From: a virus
Taxonomy: Duplodnaviria > Caudoviricetes
Virus record (IMG/VR): IMGVR_UViG_3300035696_000034
Location: 1 to 64,000 of that record
Reading direction: 5' to 3' (one strand)
DNA length: 64,000 bases
Shown in pieces: positions 43,450 to 53,221 of this stretch. A model generated the notes under the pieces. It was given only the letters and a program-made list of their open reading frames with translations. It was not told where the DNA came from and ran no database searches. The position numbers and the translations under genes were made by a program. Numbering within the stretch: the stretch's first letter is position 1; the number at the start of each line of letters is the position of its first letter.

Positions 43450-44619
43450 ATGAAAGAAGCCATCTACGCAGCCTCCCTTGATCCCATAACCTATGGACAT
43501 GTAAATATCGTAGAACGGGCTCTGAATGTCTTTGACCATATCCTTGTGGCGATAGGAGTCAATGAGACCAAGGAGTCCTTATTCTCGCTCGAGGAACGGG
43601 AAATACTGGCCAAAAAAGAACTAGCCCGTTTCGGTAATCGAGTGAGAGTAAAATCCTTCAAAGGTATGCTCTCGGATTTCGCCTACGGAAATGACATCAA
43701 GACAGTAATAAGAGGCGCTAGAAGTACTCCCGATTTCGATTATGAAAAGCTGCTCAGCGATATTAATCGCTACAGTGGTGTAGATACGATCATATACACC
43801 ACCATCCCCAGGCTCGCTCATGTAAGCTCAAGCGCAGCCAAAGCGATTACGCTCAATGCTGGCAAGAACATCCTTGATTATGTTTCCATGACTGTTAAAC
43901 ATCGTCTGGAAGAGAAGCTACTATATCAATATCGAATCGGCGTTACCGGTGTGATTGGATCTGGAAAGTCTTATATCACAGAACTCTTTCGAAATTACGT
44001 AATAAACAAAAGACCACTATGGTGTCAGCCACATGTGATAGATATGGATAAGATCGGTCATTATATCCTTAAAACGAGTGCCGAACCTATCCACAAAAAA
44101 GTTCGAAAAGAAGTGTGCAAGCTTCTCAAAATAAAAGAGTCCAATAAAGGCGTGGATCTTGGAGAGCTTAGAAAGAAAATATTTGACGACTCATATAGTC
44201 CAAACAGGGATAGTTTTAATAATTTGATGCGTGAGCCTATGATGTATGAATTAAGAAAATTCTTGTTGGAGAATAAAGGGAATATAGGCTGGAACAGCGT
44301 TGTTCTTATCGTGGGAGCTCTTTTAGTCGAAATGAAGGGTCTTAGCGAATTCAATAATAATTTACTTATGGTCGATTGCCCAAAAGATTTAATCGTCAGC
44401 CGTTTGAAAAAATCGCGGGGATACAGTGACAAGGATATCGAAATACGCTTAGCAGCTCAAAACTCCTTGAGCATTAAAGGAAAACGTCTTGATGAAAAAA
44501 TGCACGATGATGGATACGGTCACGGATGGCTAGTAGAAAATGACAAGACATTAATGCAAGATGAGCTACTTTCAACGTTTGATAAGATATTAAAAGAAAT
44601 GGGGATTTGGAATGGATAG
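43450..44619 (+). CDS. coaD: Bifunctional phosphopantetheine adenylyltransferase / dephospho-CoA kinase (CoaD-CoaE fusion)
   Basis: N: SLDPITYGH, IRGARS..DFDYE, VSSSAAK; C: IGVTGVIGSGKS, IDMDKIGH, RLAAQ. Confidence 0.9.
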   Translation: MKEAIYAASLDPITYGHVNIVERALNVFDHILVAIGVNETKESLFSLEEREILAKKELARFGNRVRVKSFKGMLSDFAYGNDIKTVIRGARSTPDFDYEKLLSDINRYSGVDTIIYTTIPRLAHVSSSAAKAITLNAGKNILDYVSMTVKHRLEEKLLYQYRIGVTGVIGSGKSYITELFRNYVINKRPLWCQPHVIDMDKIGHYILKTSAEPIHKKVRKEVCKLLKIKESNKGVDLGELRKKIFDDSYSPNRDSFNNLMREPMMYELRKFLLENKGNIGWNSVVLIVGALLVEMKGLSEFNNNLLMVDCPKDLIVSRLKKSRGYSDKDIEIRLAAQNSLSIKGKRLDEKMHDDGYGHGWLVENDKTLMQDELLSTFDKILKEMGIWNG

Positions 44620-45268
44620 AGGTGTTGAATTCATTCAAGTTATAAAAGATCTCCTTAACTGTGTGAACCATGGGGGCATAATACATGTAGCCCAGATGGT
44701 TTATGACATCACGAATTCATACGGGGAAAGTTTCAGACACTATCATACCCTTGAACATATAGCAGACTGCTTCGAAGAATACGAAGAGGTGAAAAAGCAT
44801 TTCAGGAAGCCTATTTTTGTCAAGTTTGCTTTATTGTACCACGACATAGTCTATATACCTGGATATGACGGTAACGAAAGGGCGAGTGCTGCAAGGGCAG
44901 CGTTAGATGCCTACAAGTTAGGTTTAGGAGAGGAGCAACGTAAATACATAATGGACTGTATTGAGGCAACTGCGCGGCCTGCTGGTAGTATACTCATGTG
45001 CTCAAAAGACCATGAGTACGTTCATGACATTGATTATAGTATTTTAGGTCAGGATAAAGAGACATTTATACAGTACGAGAACGCCATACATAACGAATTT
45101 TCCATATCATATGACGACGATAAATATCGCCACGGAAGACTCATGTTTTTAAATAAACTGTTAAACTTAAATAGCATATATTTTACTGATCATTTCTGTA
45201 AGAAATATGAGAAAAAGGCAAAAGAAAATATAAGGTACGCCATAAATGTACTTAATAGAGGAAAGTAA
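44612..45268 (+). CDS. Predicted HD-superfamily phosphohydrolase
   Basis: RHYHTLEHI...ALLYHDIVY...NERASA...DIDYSILG. Confidence 0.85.
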   Translation: MDRGVEFIQVIKDLLNCVNHGGIIHVAQMVYDITNSYGESFRHYHTLEHIADCFEEYEEVKKHFRKPIFVKFALLYHDIVYIPGYDGNERASAARAALDAYKLGLGEEQRKYIMDCIEATARPAGSILMCSKDHEYVHDIDYSILGQDKETFIQYENAIHNEFSISYDDDKYRHGRLMFLNKLLNLNSIYFTDHFCKKYEKKAKENIRYAINVLNRGK

Positions 45269-45269
45269 A

Positions 45270-45872
45270 ATGGATGCTTGGCTGACTGCAGATACTCACT
45301 TCGGATATACTGTTAAGGATACAGACGGAGGTATTGAAAGGCCTAAGGATTTCTCTGAAAAGCTTTTCAAAGGGCTTCAGAGATCTCTTACACCTTACAG
45401 CACGCTCATACATCTTGGAGATTTATGCTACAGGGATGACGAAATCTGGAATAAAAGATTAGCAGAACTTCCAGGTAAAAAGTGGCTTATTATCGGGAAC
45501 CACGATAAAAAGTCGATCACATGGTATCTTGATAATGGGTGGGATTTTGCAGGTCATACTATATCCCTGATAGCTTTTGGTAAAAATATATTGTTTTCGC
45601 ATATACCAATGATGACGGATAATCTTTGTGCCGGTCCAAAAGGCTATTCAGAGCATAGATTTGATATAAATATTCACGGGCATTTTCACGATTTTCCAGC
45701 AGAGAAAGTGAAAGAGAAAGAGCCCGAGATATATAAAATACTGAATAAAAAACATTTTCTTATCTCTATGGAAAAGCTCAATTATCAGCCTATAAAACTG
45801 AAAAGGATAGTCGAACTTTTCAACACTGGAAAGTACCATGGACTCGAAAATGCCCTTACTCCTAACCCGTGA
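45270..45872 (+). CDS. Calcineurin-like phosphoesterase
   Basis: TADTHFG, HLGDL, GNHD, FSHIP, NIHGHFH. Confidence 0.88.
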   Translation: MDAWLTADTHFGYTVKDTDGGIERPKDFSEKLFKGLQRSLTPYSTLIHLGDLCYRDDEIWNKRLAELPGKKWLIIGNHDKKSITWYLDNGWDFAGHTISLIAFGKNILFSHIPMMTDNLCAGPKGYSEHRFDINIHGHFHDFPAEKVKEKEPEIYKILNKKHFLISMEKLNYQPIKLKRIVELFNTGKYHGLENALTPNP

Positions 45873-46893
45873 TGACTTCCGAGAGAAAGTCTTCGAGAGA
45901 GACTCTCATAAGTGCGTATTGTGCGGGGTGGAGGCTGCAGATGCCCACCATATCTTAGATCGCTCTCTCTTCGATGATAGTGGTTACTATGTCGAAAATG
46001 GAGTTTCACTCTGTACTTTTCATCACCTTGAAGCAGAGAAAACCCACATAACTTGTGATGAGCTCAGGGAAGCTGCTAAAATTAAAACCAGGTGCATGCC
46101 TGAACACTTCTATCTTGATGAGAATTATGATCACTGGGGAAACATTGTGTTGCCCAACAAGATGAGACTTAAAGGTGAGCTGTTTGGTAATGAGAATGTT
46201 CAGAAGATACTTAAAGAAGCTGATGTTTTGGATTTATTCCAAAAATACATTAAGCAGTCCCGAACATTCCACCTTCCTTGGAGTGAGAACCTTCAGAATG
46301 ATGATCGTAAACATGAGAATGTAGAATTCCTTTTGAATAAGCCTGTTGTAACTACCTTGAAGATGGACGGTGAGGGATCCAGTTTGTGTTCTGACCACAT
46401 GCATGCTCGGTCTATTAACTCTGGACACCACCCATCTAGAAGCTGGTTAAAAGCCCTTCATGGTCAAATAGCACAGGACATACCAAAAGGATTTCGTGTG
46501 GTAGGAGAGAATGTTTATGCTAAGCACTCAATTTATTATCAACATCTCAAGACCTATTTTTATGTATTTTCTATATGGAATGAAAACAATATAGCTTTGA
46601 GTTGGGATGAAACTCATGAGTATGCCGAACTGCTAGGATTAACTATGGTACCTGAAATTTGTTTCGGGACCTATAAGACCATAGAGGAAATGAGAAGTGA
46701 TATAGAGACAAACCTTGAAAAATATTCGAAAATCTGCAAAGACGAAATAGAGGGTTATGTCGTTAGGTTAGCCGATAGGATACCCTATAAGGATTGGAGG
46801 ATATCTTCGGGAAAGTTCGTAAGAAAAAATCATGTACAAACTTCAGAAAATTGGATTACACAACCAGTAATTCCTAATAAGCTTGAGGAATAG
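45838..46893 (+). CDS. HNH domain fused to RNA ligase
   Basis: N: RDSHKCVLCG..DAHHI...LCTFHH; C: KMDG adenylation motif, GENVYAKHSI, EGYVVR, KFVRKNHV. Confidence 0.85.
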   Translation: MDSKMPLLLTRDDFREKVFERDSHKCVLCGVEAADAHHILDRSLFDDSGYYVENGVSLCTFHHLEAEKTHITCDELREAAKIKTRCMPEHFYLDENYDHWGNIVLPNKMRLKGELFGNENVQKILKEADVLDLFQKYIKQSRTFHLPWSENLQNDDRKHENVEFLLNKPVVTTLKMDGEGSSLCSDHMHARSINSGHHPSRSWLKALHGQIAQDIPKGFRVVGENVYAKHSIYYQHLKTYFYVFSIWNENNIALSWDETHEYAELLGLTMVPEICFGTYKTIEEMRSDIETNLEKYSKICKDEIEGYVVRLADRIPYKDWRISSGKFVRKNHVQTSENWITQPVIPNKLEE

Positions 46894-46896
46894 TCT

Positions 46897-47790
46897 ATGC
46901 GTACGATACATTTTTTCCGGGGATTGCCTGGCTGCGGGAAGAGCACTGAAGCTCTCAAGATGCTTGAGGAGCATCCAGACAGGTATCGCAGGGTAAATAA
47001 AGACTCCATAAGAACTATGCTTATTGGACCTAGAGTAGCTTTCTATGCTGAAGCTATGGTCGAAAGTATCCAAAATCACTGCATGGAGATAGCTTTGGCC
47101 AAGGGTTTTGATGTCATCTGTGACAACACCAATCTCAAAGAGAAGTATTATCTGGATGCGTGTGCTGTAGCTAAACGAGTAGGAGATGTCCAGATCATTG
47201 AGCGTTATTTTGATGTTCCTTTGGAAGAGTGTTTAAAGAGAAATGCAGGAAGACCTAACCCTGTCCCTGAAGATGTGATAAGAGGTATGTGGGAGAAAAA
47301 TATTAAGGGGAAGATTGTTTCCCAAAGGACGGAGTATTTTCCTCCTGTAATAAGAACATTTGAAAAAGATCCAAATCTACCGGATGCCATAATTTCGGAT
47401 GTTGACGGGACTGTGGCTCTCAATCAGGCTGGGAGAAGCTATTATGATTTTACTCGAGTCCTGGAAGACTTGGTAAATGTCCCTGTCGCCAATCTCATAA
47501 GAGACTACAAGAAAAAGGGAGTCACAATAATCATTGTATCGGGAAGAGATGATGTCTGTCAGGCAGACACTGAAACCTGGTTCAAGTGCAATGATATCCC
47601 TTTTGATGCGCTTTATATGAGAGTTACTGGTGATAAAAAGAAGGATAGTGCCCTCAAAGAAGAAATCTATAACAAGTATATTAAGGGGAAGTACAACGTC
47701 CTTTTTGTTTTGGACGATAGACAAAAAGTCGTAGATAAATGGCGTGAACTTGGCCTTACTTGTCTGCAGGTAAATAGCGGAAATTTCTAA
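46897..47790 (+). CDS. pseT: Polynucleotide 5'-kinase/3'-phosphatase (T4 PseT-like)
   Basis: GLPGCGKST, DNTN; HAD domain DVDGT, SGR, LDDRQKVVDKWRELG. Confidence 0.92.
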   Translation: MRTIHFFRGLPGCGKSTEALKMLEEHPDRYRRVNKDSIRTMLIGPRVAFYAEAMVESIQNHCMEIALAKGFDVICDNTNLKEKYYLDACAVAKRVGDVQIIERYFDVPLEECLKRNAGRPNPVPEDVIRGMWEKNIKGKIVSQRTEYFPPVIRTFEKDPNLPDAIISDVDGTVALNQAGRSYYDFTRVLEDLVNVPVANLIRDYKKKGVTIIIVSGRDDVCQADTETWFKCNDIPFDALYMRVTGDKKKDSALKEEIYNKYIKGKYNVLFVLDDRQKVVDKWRELGLTCLQVNSGNF

Positions 47791-48297
47791 ATGAAAGAAA
47801 TAGTCTCCGAAAAACATCTGAAGTCAATAGTTAAGAATTTGGCCAGCCAAATAAATCTTGATTATTTGCATGCCGACGGGTTTATTATAATAGGACTCTT
47901 AAAAGGCTCATTCATTTTTTTGGCAGATTTGATACGACAGATCGAACTCCCTGTTAAGGTGGATTTCATATCAGTCTCAAGCTATAAAGATAATACTCAA
48001 GGATCTGAAATAAAAGTAAATATGAATTTAAGTGTTTCAATCGCTGACAAAGATGTTTTGGTTGTTGAAGATATTGTTGACTCTGGAAAGACTCTTTCAA
48101 CAGTACTGAATTTGCTAGCACAAAAAAATCCAAAGTCTTTAAGGACGTGTGTCCTGTTAAACAAGAAACGACCTAGAGTTATCGATACGCACATAGACTA
48201 TTGTGGCATGGAAATTCCAGATGTTTATCCTTTTGGTTATGGTTTGGATGATGATGAGTTTTTAAGAGGACTCCCTTTCATTGCTTATAATAAATGA
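47791..48297 (+). CDS. hpt: Hypoxanthine phosphoribosyltransferase
   Basis: GLLKGSFIFLADLIR, VLVVEDIVDSGKTL, FGYGLD. Confidence 0.95.
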   Translation: MKEIVSEKHLKSIVKNLASQINLDYLHADGFIIIGLLKGSFIFLADLIRQIELPVKVDFISVSSYKDNTQGSEIKVNMNLSVSIADKDVLVVEDIVDSGKTLSTVLNLLAQKNPKSLRTCVLLNKKRPRVIDTHIDYCGMEIPDVYPFGYGLDDDEFLRGLPFIAYNK

Positions 48298-48306
48298 GAA
48301 CCAAAC

Positions 48307-49563
48307 ATGTATGATGTAGTTATTATAGGATCTGGACCTGCTGGACTCGGGGCTGCATTTCATCTCTCTGAGCATTCAACCAAATCAATTCTGCTTATAG
48401 ATAAATCAAAACTAAGCTCTGGTGGCCTTCGTAATGACTGCAAACAAAATTATAAATATCCGATAGGGTTTCCAACTGAACTTTGGAGTGAACAGCTTAG
48501 TACAAAACTATTAGAGGTCGTGGAAGAGCACCTAAAACCCGATATCATACCCTCCTCGGAGAAAATTAACATCTATAAACAAAGGGCACAGAAGCTTAAT
48601 ACGAATCTCATAGAGATAAGGCAAGCTCACGTTGGAACTGATAAATCAGCTACATTGATTAGTGACTTGATAAATCAATTACAGAAAAACGGTGTGGAGA
48701 TATGTCTAGATAAAGCTGTAGGTTCGTTCAGTGACGGAAAAGTTGTTTTAGATACCTCTTTTGAAGAAATAAAATGTAAAAACATAATCGTGGCTCCAGG
48801 AAGGGCAGGATCAGGCTGGCTTAGAGAGTGCATGAAGAGATTAGATATTAGCTTTGTCGACAATGTCGTTGATATAGGAGTTAGAGTTGAAGCGAAAGAG
48901 CAGTACTACCCAATAGTAAAAGATTACTATGATCCCAAGTTCATGTTTCCGGACGATGTCAGAACTTTCTGCACCAACTCAGGAAATGCTCACGTGGTAA
49001 AAGAAAAATATCCATCATATTTCTCCGTAAACGGTCACTCATTTTCGAACTCAATGAAATCAAACGGTCTAGTCAATTTTGCCCTATTAAAAACAATTAA
49101 ATTGACCGATCCGGTAGTCAGCGGTTATGATTTTGCAGAAATATTGGGAAAAGCTGCAATGAGTCTCAGCAACGGAAAACCTTTAATGCAAAGAGTTGGT
49201 GATTTTAGATTGGGAAAAAGATCAAAAAAAGAAACATTCAATAACGATCTTTACGATTTCCTACCTACTTTAAGAGATGCTACCCCGGGGGATATTGGTT
49301 TAGCAATACCAGCAAAGATTTTGAGGCATATTTGGAAATCGATGAAAACCCTGGATACCATTATTCCAGGGATATTATACCCCTCAACTATCATGTATTA
49401 TCCAGAAATAAAGACATATGCAAATAAACCCAAATTTATTGATGATTATTTCAGGGTTAAGAATAATATTTTTATGATTGGGGATGGTGCTGGGGTAAGT
49501 AGGGGCATAACCGCAGCCTGGGCCTCTGGAATAAGAGCTGCAAAAGGAATTTTGTTAGATTAG
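48307..49563 (+). CDS. FAD-dependent oxidoreductase (uncharacterised dehydrogenase family)
   Basis: IIGSGPAG dinucleotide fold, VAPGRAG, DIGVRVE, RTFCTN, YYPEIK, GDGAG. Confidence 0.85.
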   Translation: MYDVVIIGSGPAGLGAAFHLSEHSTKSILLIDKSKLSSGGLRNDCKQNYKYPIGFPTELWSEQLSTKLLEVVEEHLKPDIIPSSEKINIYKQRAQKLNTNLIEIRQAHVGTDKSATLISDLINQLQKNGVEICLDKAVGSFSDGKVVLDTSFEEIKCKNIIVAPGRAGSGWLRECMKRLDISFVDNVVDIGVRVEAKEQYYPIVKDYYDPKFMFPDDVRTFCTNSGNAHVVKEKYPSYFSVNGHSFSNSMKSNGLVNFALLKTIKLTDPVVSGYDFAEILGKAAMSLSNGKPLMQRVGDFRLGKRSKKETFNNDLYDFLPTLRDATPGDIGLAIPAKILRHIWKSMKTLDTIIPGILYPSTIMYYPEIKTYANKPKFIDDYFRVKNNIFMIGDGAGVSRGITAAWASGIRAAKGILLD

Positions 49564-49681
49564 TTTTAAAACAAGGAATATGTCCTTGAAAAGAAATCAT
49601 GGGTGGTTGTGAAAATTTGAAACAGCTATAAAAAGTTTCTAATAATCTAGTAATACATTTTAGATGTATAAAAGGAGCCTT

Positions 49682-49822
49682 ATGAACAGAACACAGATAT
49701 ATCTAACGGACAAAGAACAAAAAAATCTTAAAAAAGAAGCCGATGAAATAGGCATATCAAAAGCCGAGCTTGTAAGAAGAATCCTTGATAAGCACATAGA
49801 AGAAAAGAAAAAATGTATATAA
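49682..49822 (+). CDS. Ribbon-helix-helix (CopG-like) protein, 46 aa, not in ORF track
   Basis: MNRTQIYLTDKEQKNLKKEADEIGISKAELVRRILDKHI; SD AAGGAG; ATACAT/ATGTAT inverted repeat upstream. Confidence 0.85.
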   Translation: MNRTQIYLTDKEQKNLKKEADEIGISKAELVRRILDKHIEEKKKCI

Positions 49823-51042
49823 GTATACCAGCAACCATCCATGACGGAGACTTTGAAGTTCTCAAGCAACTTATGAGAGACTGGTCTTCTTGTAAAAGAT
49901 ATGCTTATCAACGGATACACAAAGATAAGCTGGCTGGCAATAATGTTAAAAAAGCCTGTAAACCTATTTATATGTCTAAACTTAACGCCAGATATATAGC
50001 AGATGCCGTTTTAGAGGCTCAAAAAATAAATCAAGATCATGCCATATTCGGTAGCAAAAAACTATGGAATAAACTTATTTCAAAACTAATAACCAAAAAA
50101 GAGTGGCAGGAAGTAAGAGACTCAGAATTATATTCGAGGGGAGAACGTTCTAAAAAAGGTAACGCAAATATACGTGTCTTCAATACTCCCGAAGGATATA
50201 AGCTTAGAATAGGACTTTCAAAAGCCTATGCATTTACAACATTTACTCTCTATATACCTGAAGGACACAAGAAAAATCAAAAAAATTATAAGAGTATGTT
50301 CGACTTGTATTCGGACTGCTATGATATAAGAATCAAATATAAATCAGGTAAGTTTTATGCTCAGATAGGTTTAGATGTTCCAGAAGTAAAACCCATTTAT
50401 CTGTGTAAAAATGGAGTCGTTGGAGTAGACACTAACCCCGATGGTTTTGCTATCATTGAAACAAACTTTGATGGAAATCTTTTACACCACGAGTATTTAA
50501 AAAATGACAGGCTTCAATATGCTAGTCATAATAAGAGAAAAAGTGATATAGAGGCTTTAGCTATTCTGGTAGTGAATAAAGCCATCCTATCGAATAAAGG
50601 TATAGCCTTGGAAGATTTAAAATTCAGTGAAGGAAAAAACAGGTACAAAAAATTTAATAGGATGAAACATAATTTTATATATCGTCAACTCTTATTAGCC
50701 GTTGAACGCAGGGCTATTAAAGACGGGGTTGAAGTCAGGAAAGTAAATCCTGCTTTTACTTCTATTGCAGGGATCCTCAAATACCAAGAGCAGTACTCGT
50801 TGAATCGTCATACTGCAGCAGCATTTATAATAGGCCGTCGCGGTTTAGGGATCGTGGAAAAGATAAGGGTTAGGCTGGAGCCGTTAAAGAACAAGAAGCT
50901 GAACCTTGCAGGAAGAGGTTTCAAGATTGCTTTGACGGTGAAGGCTTACTCCTATTTCAAGAAGCTCTATAATATCCTTGAAGTTAAAACGCCAGGGCTC
51001 ACAGCCCCGTGCCTTACTCCCTTGTCGGGGAATACGGCATAA
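49813..51042 (+). CDS. IS200/IS605 TnpB-related (Cas12f-like) protein
   Basis: VVGVDTNP (D), IALEDLKF (E), VNPAFTS...NRHTAAAFIIGRRG (third acidic residue is His; no Zn finger). Confidence 0.85.
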   Translation: MYISIPATIHDGDFEVLKQLMRDWSSCKRYAYQRIHKDKLAGNNVKKACKPIYMSKLNARYIADAVLEAQKINQDHAIFGSKKLWNKLISKLITKKEWQEVRDSELYSRGERSKKGNANIRVFNTPEGYKLRIGLSKAYAFTTFTLYIPEGHKKNQKNYKSMFDLYSDCYDIRIKYKSGKFYAQIGLDVPEVKPIYLCKNGVVGVDTNPDGFAIIETNFDGNLLHHEYLKNDRLQYASHNKRKSDIEALAILVVNKAILSNKGIALEDLKFSEGKNRYKKFNRMKHNFIYRQLLLAVERRAIKDGVEVRKVNPAFTSIAGILKYQEQYSLNRHTAAAFIIGRRGLGIVEKIRVRLEPLKNKKLNLAGRGFKIALTVKAYSYFKKLYNILEVKTPGLTAPCLTPLSGNTA

Positions 51043-51249
51043 GCTAATCCGTAGGGCAGTAATGCCTTAGAGTTAGTGGTAATCGGACTCTATTTCTAGT
51101 CGAGTCCGTATGAGGTCTAAGGATCTCAGATAGGAGTTGAAAGGACTCCTTTAAAAAATCTGCTTAAAATAAATTTTGACAGATTTTCTAAACTAGGGAA
51201 ACCTATGATGCAAAGGGTCGATGGTTTTAAAAAATAAAAAAGAAACATC

Positions 51250-51330
51250 GGGACCAGTAGAGGAGTCACAGCGGCATGGGCTTCAGGGATCAGAGCTGCG
51301 ATAGGGATTTTATTAGAAAAGGGGATTTAA
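51250..51330 (+). pseudogene. Orphaned 3' end of the FAD oxidoreductase gene
   Basis: GTSRGVTAAWASGIRAAIGILLEKGI*; its TAA overlaps the ATG of the next gene. Confidence 0.85.
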
Positions 51331-51593
51331 TGAAACGAAAAGGTTATTTGATCTTCACCACACACGACGGGGACGAGCTCGATGCTAGATTCGTTACAGA
51401 TGAGAAGCTCTTCAAAGCTTTCAACAACTGTAAAGATAATGACGAAGCCATCGACGTTTGGGACAAATGGATCGACAAAAACGAAGTTAATGAAAAAGAT
51501 GAATGGTATGTCATGACTCTTGGCAGGACTATAACCGAATGGAATTTCAACGATATTGAGGTTCTTGGAACATACTATTTTGAGGTCTATTAA
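51330..51593 (+). CDS. Acidic hypothetical protein
   Basis: TAATG coupling; start corrected from 51276. Confidence 0.6.
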   Translation: MKRKGYLIFTTHDGDELDARFVTDEKLFKAFNNCKDNDEAIDVWDKWIDKNEVNEKDEWYVMTLGRTITEWNFNDIEVLGTYYFEVY

Positions 51594-51605
51594 AAAGGAG
51601 TTTTT

Positions 51606-52208
51606 ATGCCCGAAGCAGTCTGTGCAGCAGCTGTTGCGACTCCAGTCTGTGACAAACCTATACATATACTGGCTAAGAAAAAGTTATTATTTTTAGGACC
51701 TAAATTCAAGTGCGTTTATTTTGACGAACTGCCCACCGGTTGTCTTCCTATCTATGATTATAATAATGAAAAATATCATTTTTGCAATAAATATCAAAGT
51801 GGAATAGACATTCCATACACACTCAAATATCTAAATAGCGAAAGCTTTGATTTTAATAAAAATGAAGAACTTTTATTACTTGTTGCAAAAAATGTTTTTG
51901 GATGCACCCCTCCAGAAGGTCAAAATAGAGTTTATTTACATTTAATGTACATTAACACTATTGAACAAGTACAAGAAATGTCTAAAGTAATTACAAATTT
52001 AGATAAAGATTTTTGTGCAGAAAGAGAGATGATTGTAGGTTATCGAGATGATGATTTTCCCCAGTTGGGTATTCTTATCAGGAAACCTTTGGTAATCACC
52101 CATCCTAACATATATAAAGAATCTTTTGCACAAGCACCATGGAATAAACAGCCCTGGTACAAAAAACTTATAAATCGTAAAAATAAACAAACAAAATCAG
52201 CCACATGA
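51606..52208 (+). CDS. Hypothetical protein
   Basis: SD AAGGAG; 200 aa. Confidence 0.65.
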   Translation: MPEAVCAAAVATPVCDKPIHILAKKKLLFLGPKFKCVYFDELPTGCLPIYDYNNEKYHFCNKYQSGIDIPYTLKYLNSESFDFNKNEELLLLVAKNVFGCTPPEGQNRVYLHLMYINTIEQVQEMSKVITNLDKDFCAEREMIVGYRDDDFPQLGILIRKPLVITHPNIYKESFAQAPWNKQPWYKKLINRKNKQTKSAT

Positions 52209-52546
52209 ACTTATCTTCTTTAGTTGGTGCAGCCCACAATCATTATGGAAAAGATTGTGATCGTGAGTTATATGGATCCGGAGGAGGAGAAATAGATGCT
52301 GGTGATATAGTTAAATTACCCAAAAATATTTACACCTATCCTTCTTCTATTCGAGGTAGGGTAGGTAGGATAACAAGTGTAAACACCTATTTCTCACAAT
52401 GTGGGGATTGTAGGATAAGACTGAATGATGGCCGCTTAATAAGGGCAGATACCGCAGATCTCGACCTTATAAAAAAAGCTAAAAAGATTCCTAAAAGCAG
52501 ACGGGTGTGGGATTATAAAAAGAAGAATCTCTCAAATCCTATATAA
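52205..52546 (+). CDS. Hypothetical protein (possible SH3/KOW-like fold)
   Basis: GDIVKL...GRVGRIT. Confidence 0.5.
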   Translation: MNLSSLVGAAHNHYGKDCDRELYGSGGGEIDAGDIVKLPKNIYTYPSSIRGRVGRITSVNTYFSQCGDCRIRLNDGRLIRADTADLDLIKKAKKIPKSRRVWDYKKKNLSNPI

Positions 52547-53167
52547 TTTTAGACCCCTCTTTGTCCTATCATATCTCAAGGTAATTATACCTCTTTTTTT
52601 AAGCTCTCCAAGCACGAAATTCTGATAGTGGGAGCACATCGTTATCGGCTGTACCTCCTGGTAGTGCCCCAGATGCAGATTTAGCTTGAAAAATAGCTCA
52701 TATTTCATGATTTGACCCAAAATATCATGCTTTCCTTCTCCTGTTTTGACCTCTAAAGGATACACAGTTATGTCATCCCTATAGACTACGTCTATAACTC
52801 CGTAGGGAGGGCAAGGATGCTCGATGTTATAGAGGTATAGGGTACCAGTAGGGTGTAGGATACCCTCGATTTGACTGAGTCCTAGATGGATCTCCTTAAC
52901 GAGCTGTTTTTGGTCGTTTTTCTGCTTCAAATCTGGAGGGGTATTCGCCTCATTATTTAGGGGGTCTCCCCAGGCCATTTCGGGTATTTTCCTGGTTTTT
53001 ATGGCTTCCCTGACCATTTTGAGGGTTTTGAGCTGGATAGGGGTTAGGGCATGCCTGTCTTGGCGCTCTCTGAACTCCTCTTTAAGGAACTCATAATACA
53101 TTTCGGAGTCTGGAAGGTTACCCTTGAGGAAGGCGTAATAGCAGTGGTAAAATAGGCTTGTAATCAA
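52532..53167 (-). CDS. PD-(D/E)XK endonuclease (NucS-like)
   Basis: YGVIDVV...PLEVKTG...ILGQIMKY. Confidence 0.75.
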   Translation of the reverse strand: MITSLFYHCYYAFLKGNLPDSEMYYEFLKEEFRERQDRHALTPIQLKTLKMVREAIKTRKIPEMAWGDPLNNEANTPPDLKQKNDQKQLVKEIHLGLSQIEGILHPTGTLYLYNIEHPCPPYGVIDVVYRDDITVYPLEVKTGEGKHDILGQIMKYELFFKLNLHLGHYQEVQPITMCSHYQNFVLGELKKRGIITLRYDRTKRGLKLYRI

Positions 53168-53221
53168 AGAAATACCCCATATAGGATGTTATCTGTATAG
53201 GGTAAAAATATGAGGAGATAA

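Larger units (their letters stand above)
49492..51249 (+). mobile_element. RHH plus TnpB-related element inserted in the oxidoreductase 3' end, carrying a recoded replacement C-terminus
   Basis: The last 23 codons of the oxidoreductase recur at 51250-51330 (19/23 aa identical, 12 synonymous changes); no transposase. Confidence 0.7.

Noticed and set aside
49492-51249. IStron (group I intron plus TnpB) that would splice to restore the oxidoreductase
   Set aside because: The gene is already completed by a stop-terminated replacement tail, and I found no U-ending exon / terminal-G pair preserving the frame or recognisable group I core.
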